64,000 bases of DNA from Phoronis australis (lineage: Eukaryota; Animalia; Phoronida). How positions within the stretch are numbered: position 1 is the first letter of the stretch; each line of letters opens with the position of its first letter. A model generated the notes under the pieces. The model worked only from the letters and a program-made list of their open reading frames with translations, had not been told where the DNA came from and did no database searches. Below, piece after piece: positions 62,301 to 64,000 of the stretch. The position numbers were made by a program, and so were the translations under genes. The stretch covers positions 878,027 to 942,026 of the forward strand of contig NMRA01000056.1 of the NCBI GenBank assembly GCA_002633005.1, written 5' to 3'.

Positions 62301-63890
62301 CTTTCTATGACTCTTAAGCAATTCGGTTGAACTAACGGCGCAGTGACTCACAGTACAAGGTGACACCAGTTGATGCAGTGTTCAAAATAATTTGTGTCAT
62401 TATTTGTCGTAGGAAAACATATTGTTGCGCCTACTGTACCAGCTAGTTAGCGGTAGTACCCACAGCTGCTTCCCGAATCGCCGAATCGCAAGCGGATGGG
62501 GTGATCCCCTGTTTGACAATGCCGGAGCTTAGCTCAAAATATTCCAAAATATAGGTGAATTTTGCTCGGAAGAAGTCTTCGGTGATAACAATTCTAATTA
62601 CTCCATTTGTACTAAATATAAATTCCACCCTAAGCCTATTTTCCATAAGAAGAAACACCGGCCAGAAAAAAACGAATGCCACCAACTCACACCAAAGTGA
62701 GCACGGTGTGTGCAGCTCGTCATACCCTACCCTCTGACACAGCGCCACCTACACTGCACCTAGAGTGTATTCAAACCCATTCAGTTTTCAAAATTTAGGT
62801 CAAAAGGACATACTAAATGGCCTTGAAAAGTATTCGTCCGTTACATCATACCGGTTAGCCAGTGAAAATTGTTTTCCTTGTTGGCAATGTTGTCGCTCAA
62901 CAAAAGAGACGCCCGGAGTTCAATCGAGGTCATCTTTGCAGGGAAGTGTGTCTTACGTATTTTTTATTTAGCCTCAACATCCTCGGGACAGCAAATCCTC
63001 AGACAGCAGAGTGAACACATATTGTGATTTTTGCCTGGTCGTCTGAGGCACTAGGCGTCCGGTGTCCGCTGAAGAATGCCTCAGTTTTGACCTGTATTAA
63101 CTTGTAGTGAAAACGCCTGTAGTAAAAACGCCTTCCCATCCAGTTCTTTGAAATAAATAATGCTCTATAACCATCGACAACCCTCAAAAGTTTGGAACAA
63201 AATTAGTTCCTATTGCAGAGGGCATAGCTCGCAGCTCTCTTGAAAAGAACCCAACGTTGACACCCTCCCGACTGGTCTTGAGTGGGCAACCGAATAACTC
63301 GAATGATAAGTGGAACCAGGAAAACGGATGGCTAACTTTAGGTAGCTATTGACGATATCTATTCACATACTAGTAAATTTCAGAAACATCTGTCCAAGGA
63401 CCTCAGACCTAATAATCAAAACGTGGCCACCAGAGCGCTACATTGGGTCCCATTTCAGGGAAAATAATAGGCCCTGAATTCAGAAGAGACACGTTATGTG
63501 AACATTTCAAGCCGGTCGAACGAGAAATGTGCATAGAACCAAAACAAATCAAAAAACTAAGAGTAATGTTTACGCAAGAACACTTTTGCGAAAAAAGCGC
63601 TATTTAAAGATCGACGACAAGGCATCACTAGTATTCAGCAAAATTTAATTCATTTTGCGGCATACCCATTTTGCCAAGTAAAATAACACAAACTTTTCGA
63701 CAGAGCAACATATGCTTGGGACAATTTCATTTCTTTAGGTAAAAACTGTCGGGCAGAACAACACATAATTCCTCCAAGTATAAATACTTTTCGATAGAGA
63801 AACATAACAGACGGTATTGAACGTGTACTTACTCGAGTTGTATAATAGTGCAGTTCTTTCGTCGTAGTAATACTCGTCTTGGGTCGGCAT
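38181..63890 (-). CDS. SLC38A7: SLC38A7/8-like amino acid transporter, paralog B (8 coding exons, 1353 nt, 450 aa)
   Basis: Exons 63890-63833, 51641-51448, 49698-49500, 46051-45916, 43508-43361, 41486-41227, 39417-39218, 38338-38181. Exons 2-8 have the same lengths and phases as in A; no internal stops seen. Confidence 0.88.
39218..39417 (-). CDS. Paralog B exon 7
   Basis: ttacag/gtaagt; 200 nt. Confidence 0.9.
40239..41150. mobile_element. TIR DNA transposon derivative with 20-bp subterminal tandem repeats, in intron 6 of paralog B
   Basis: tatgtatgggccgcggaaag / ctttacgcggccgatacata; aatcaaacct.attcgtaaa arrays inverted at both ends; absent at the paralogous site in A (~8505). Confidence 0.78.
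41227..41486 (-). CDS. Paralog B exon 6
   Basis: ttctag/gtaggt; CHFEMTTIFAAM...; 260 nt. Confidence 0.9.
43361..43508 (-). CDS. Paralog B exon 5
   Basis: ttgcag/gtaaga; AMGFVGMIYIVGLIVVKYF...PGVSLAYM; 148 nt. Confidence 0.88.
45916..46051 (-). CDS. Paralog B exon 4
   Basis: tttcag/gtaaga; LPMCLLREINGLKYA; 136 nt. Confidence 0.9.
49320..49468 (-). mobile_element. Possible tRNA-derived SINE head
   Basis: Minus strand ggcagtgttggattgggggatagg...gggttcgagtacca has a B-box-like motif and weak A box; sequence departs from paralog A exactly here. Confidence 0.4.
49500..49698 (-). CDS. Paralog B exon 3
   Basis: ttgcag/gtgagt; lies within ORF 49381-49749; 199 nt. Confidence 0.9.
51448..51641 (-). 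CDS. Paralog B exon 2
   Basis: tttag/gtaagc; FLAVNCCLGIGLLELPWAYNAAGG; 194 nt. Confidence 0.88.
53322..53715. mobile_element. MITE/foldback with ~130-bp imperfect TIRs
   Basis: aacaataacatgaatctgctaccaatg / cattggtagcagattcatgttattgtt; tagctttaaa / tttaaagcta ends. Confidence 0.75.
56368..57009 (+). mobile_element. Internally deleted mariner transposon (D,D34D; C-terminal transposase half at 56482-56943)
   Basis: ~40-bp TIR cgagggtcgttcaataagttct; TA on both sides; motifs VFWD, QDNAPAH and HPAYSPDLAPSDF with 34 residues between the last two Asp. Confidence 0.95.
57420..59030. repeat. Local direct duplication of ~400 bp (57420-57846 vs 58645-59027)
   Basis: Shared tgtttacggtaca.agactacatttatcagtat and ttttggatgaatgcc.gactaaattcctca. 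Confidence 0.8.
59300..60555 (-). mobile_element. Penelope-like retroelement 3' remnant, split by the 59502-60320 insertion
   Basis: VKILDQYTNCTRLLIREALL, then in another frame RDNGAFKL, resembles the PLE GIY-YIG C-terminus; hammerhead-like motif downstream at 59347-59380. Confidence 0.55.
59502..60320. mobile_element. MULE-like non-autonomous TIR element with 10-bp TSD
   Basis: TIR ctcgctggttccct / agggaaccagcgag; flanks acctctacca and atctctacca (9/10); second inverted block at 59678-59712 / 60039-60075. Confidence 0.7.
62088..62441. repeat. Short direct repeat pair (~62088-62185 and ~62355-62441)
   Basis: acaaggtgacacca...cagtgttcaaaat...tatttgtcgtagg...attgttgcgcctactgtacca occurs twice. 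Confidence 0.75.
63833..63890 (-). CDS. Paralog B coding exon 1 (MPTQDEYYYDERTALLYNS)
   Basis: ATG plus phase-1 gtaagt donor; flanks colinear with 28030-28710; contains ExxxLL. Confidence 0.75.
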
Positions 63891-64000
63891 ATTAGCAACA
63901 AATAACGATCTGTCGGTTCTTAACGGTCCCCAAAATCACTTCTAGCCCGAGTACGGAGCAAACTGAGATCAATTCTAATGTGGTAAGTCAGCGGTTTAAA

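Overview
AT-rich, intron-rich animal (probably marine invertebrate) genomic DNA; nothing here looks prokaryotic. The window holds two tandem, minus-strand, 8-coding-exon paralogs of an SLC38A7/SLC38A8-like (Aa_trans, SNAT7-type) amino-acid transporter: copy A (CDS 28618->6610, 449 aa) and copy B (CDS 63890->38181, 450 aa). I rebuilt both by hand from GT-AG sites, and exon phases and lengths are consistent. Only B keeps the N-terminal ExxxLL lysosomal sorting motif, while only A has a luminal N-glycosylation sequon. Introns and spacer carry many transposon relics: an L1/Tx1 LINE with poly(A) and TSD, a second L1/Tx1 fragment, a CR1/L2-type tail, a deleted D,D34D mariner, a TTAA-flanked Kolobok-like foldback, Harbinger- and MULE-like MITEs, and a Penelope-like remnant with a degenerate hammerhead motif. 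A 1.7/2.3-kb tandem duplication joined by a single N is probably an assembly artefact. I found no clear evidence of a wholly new biological system.
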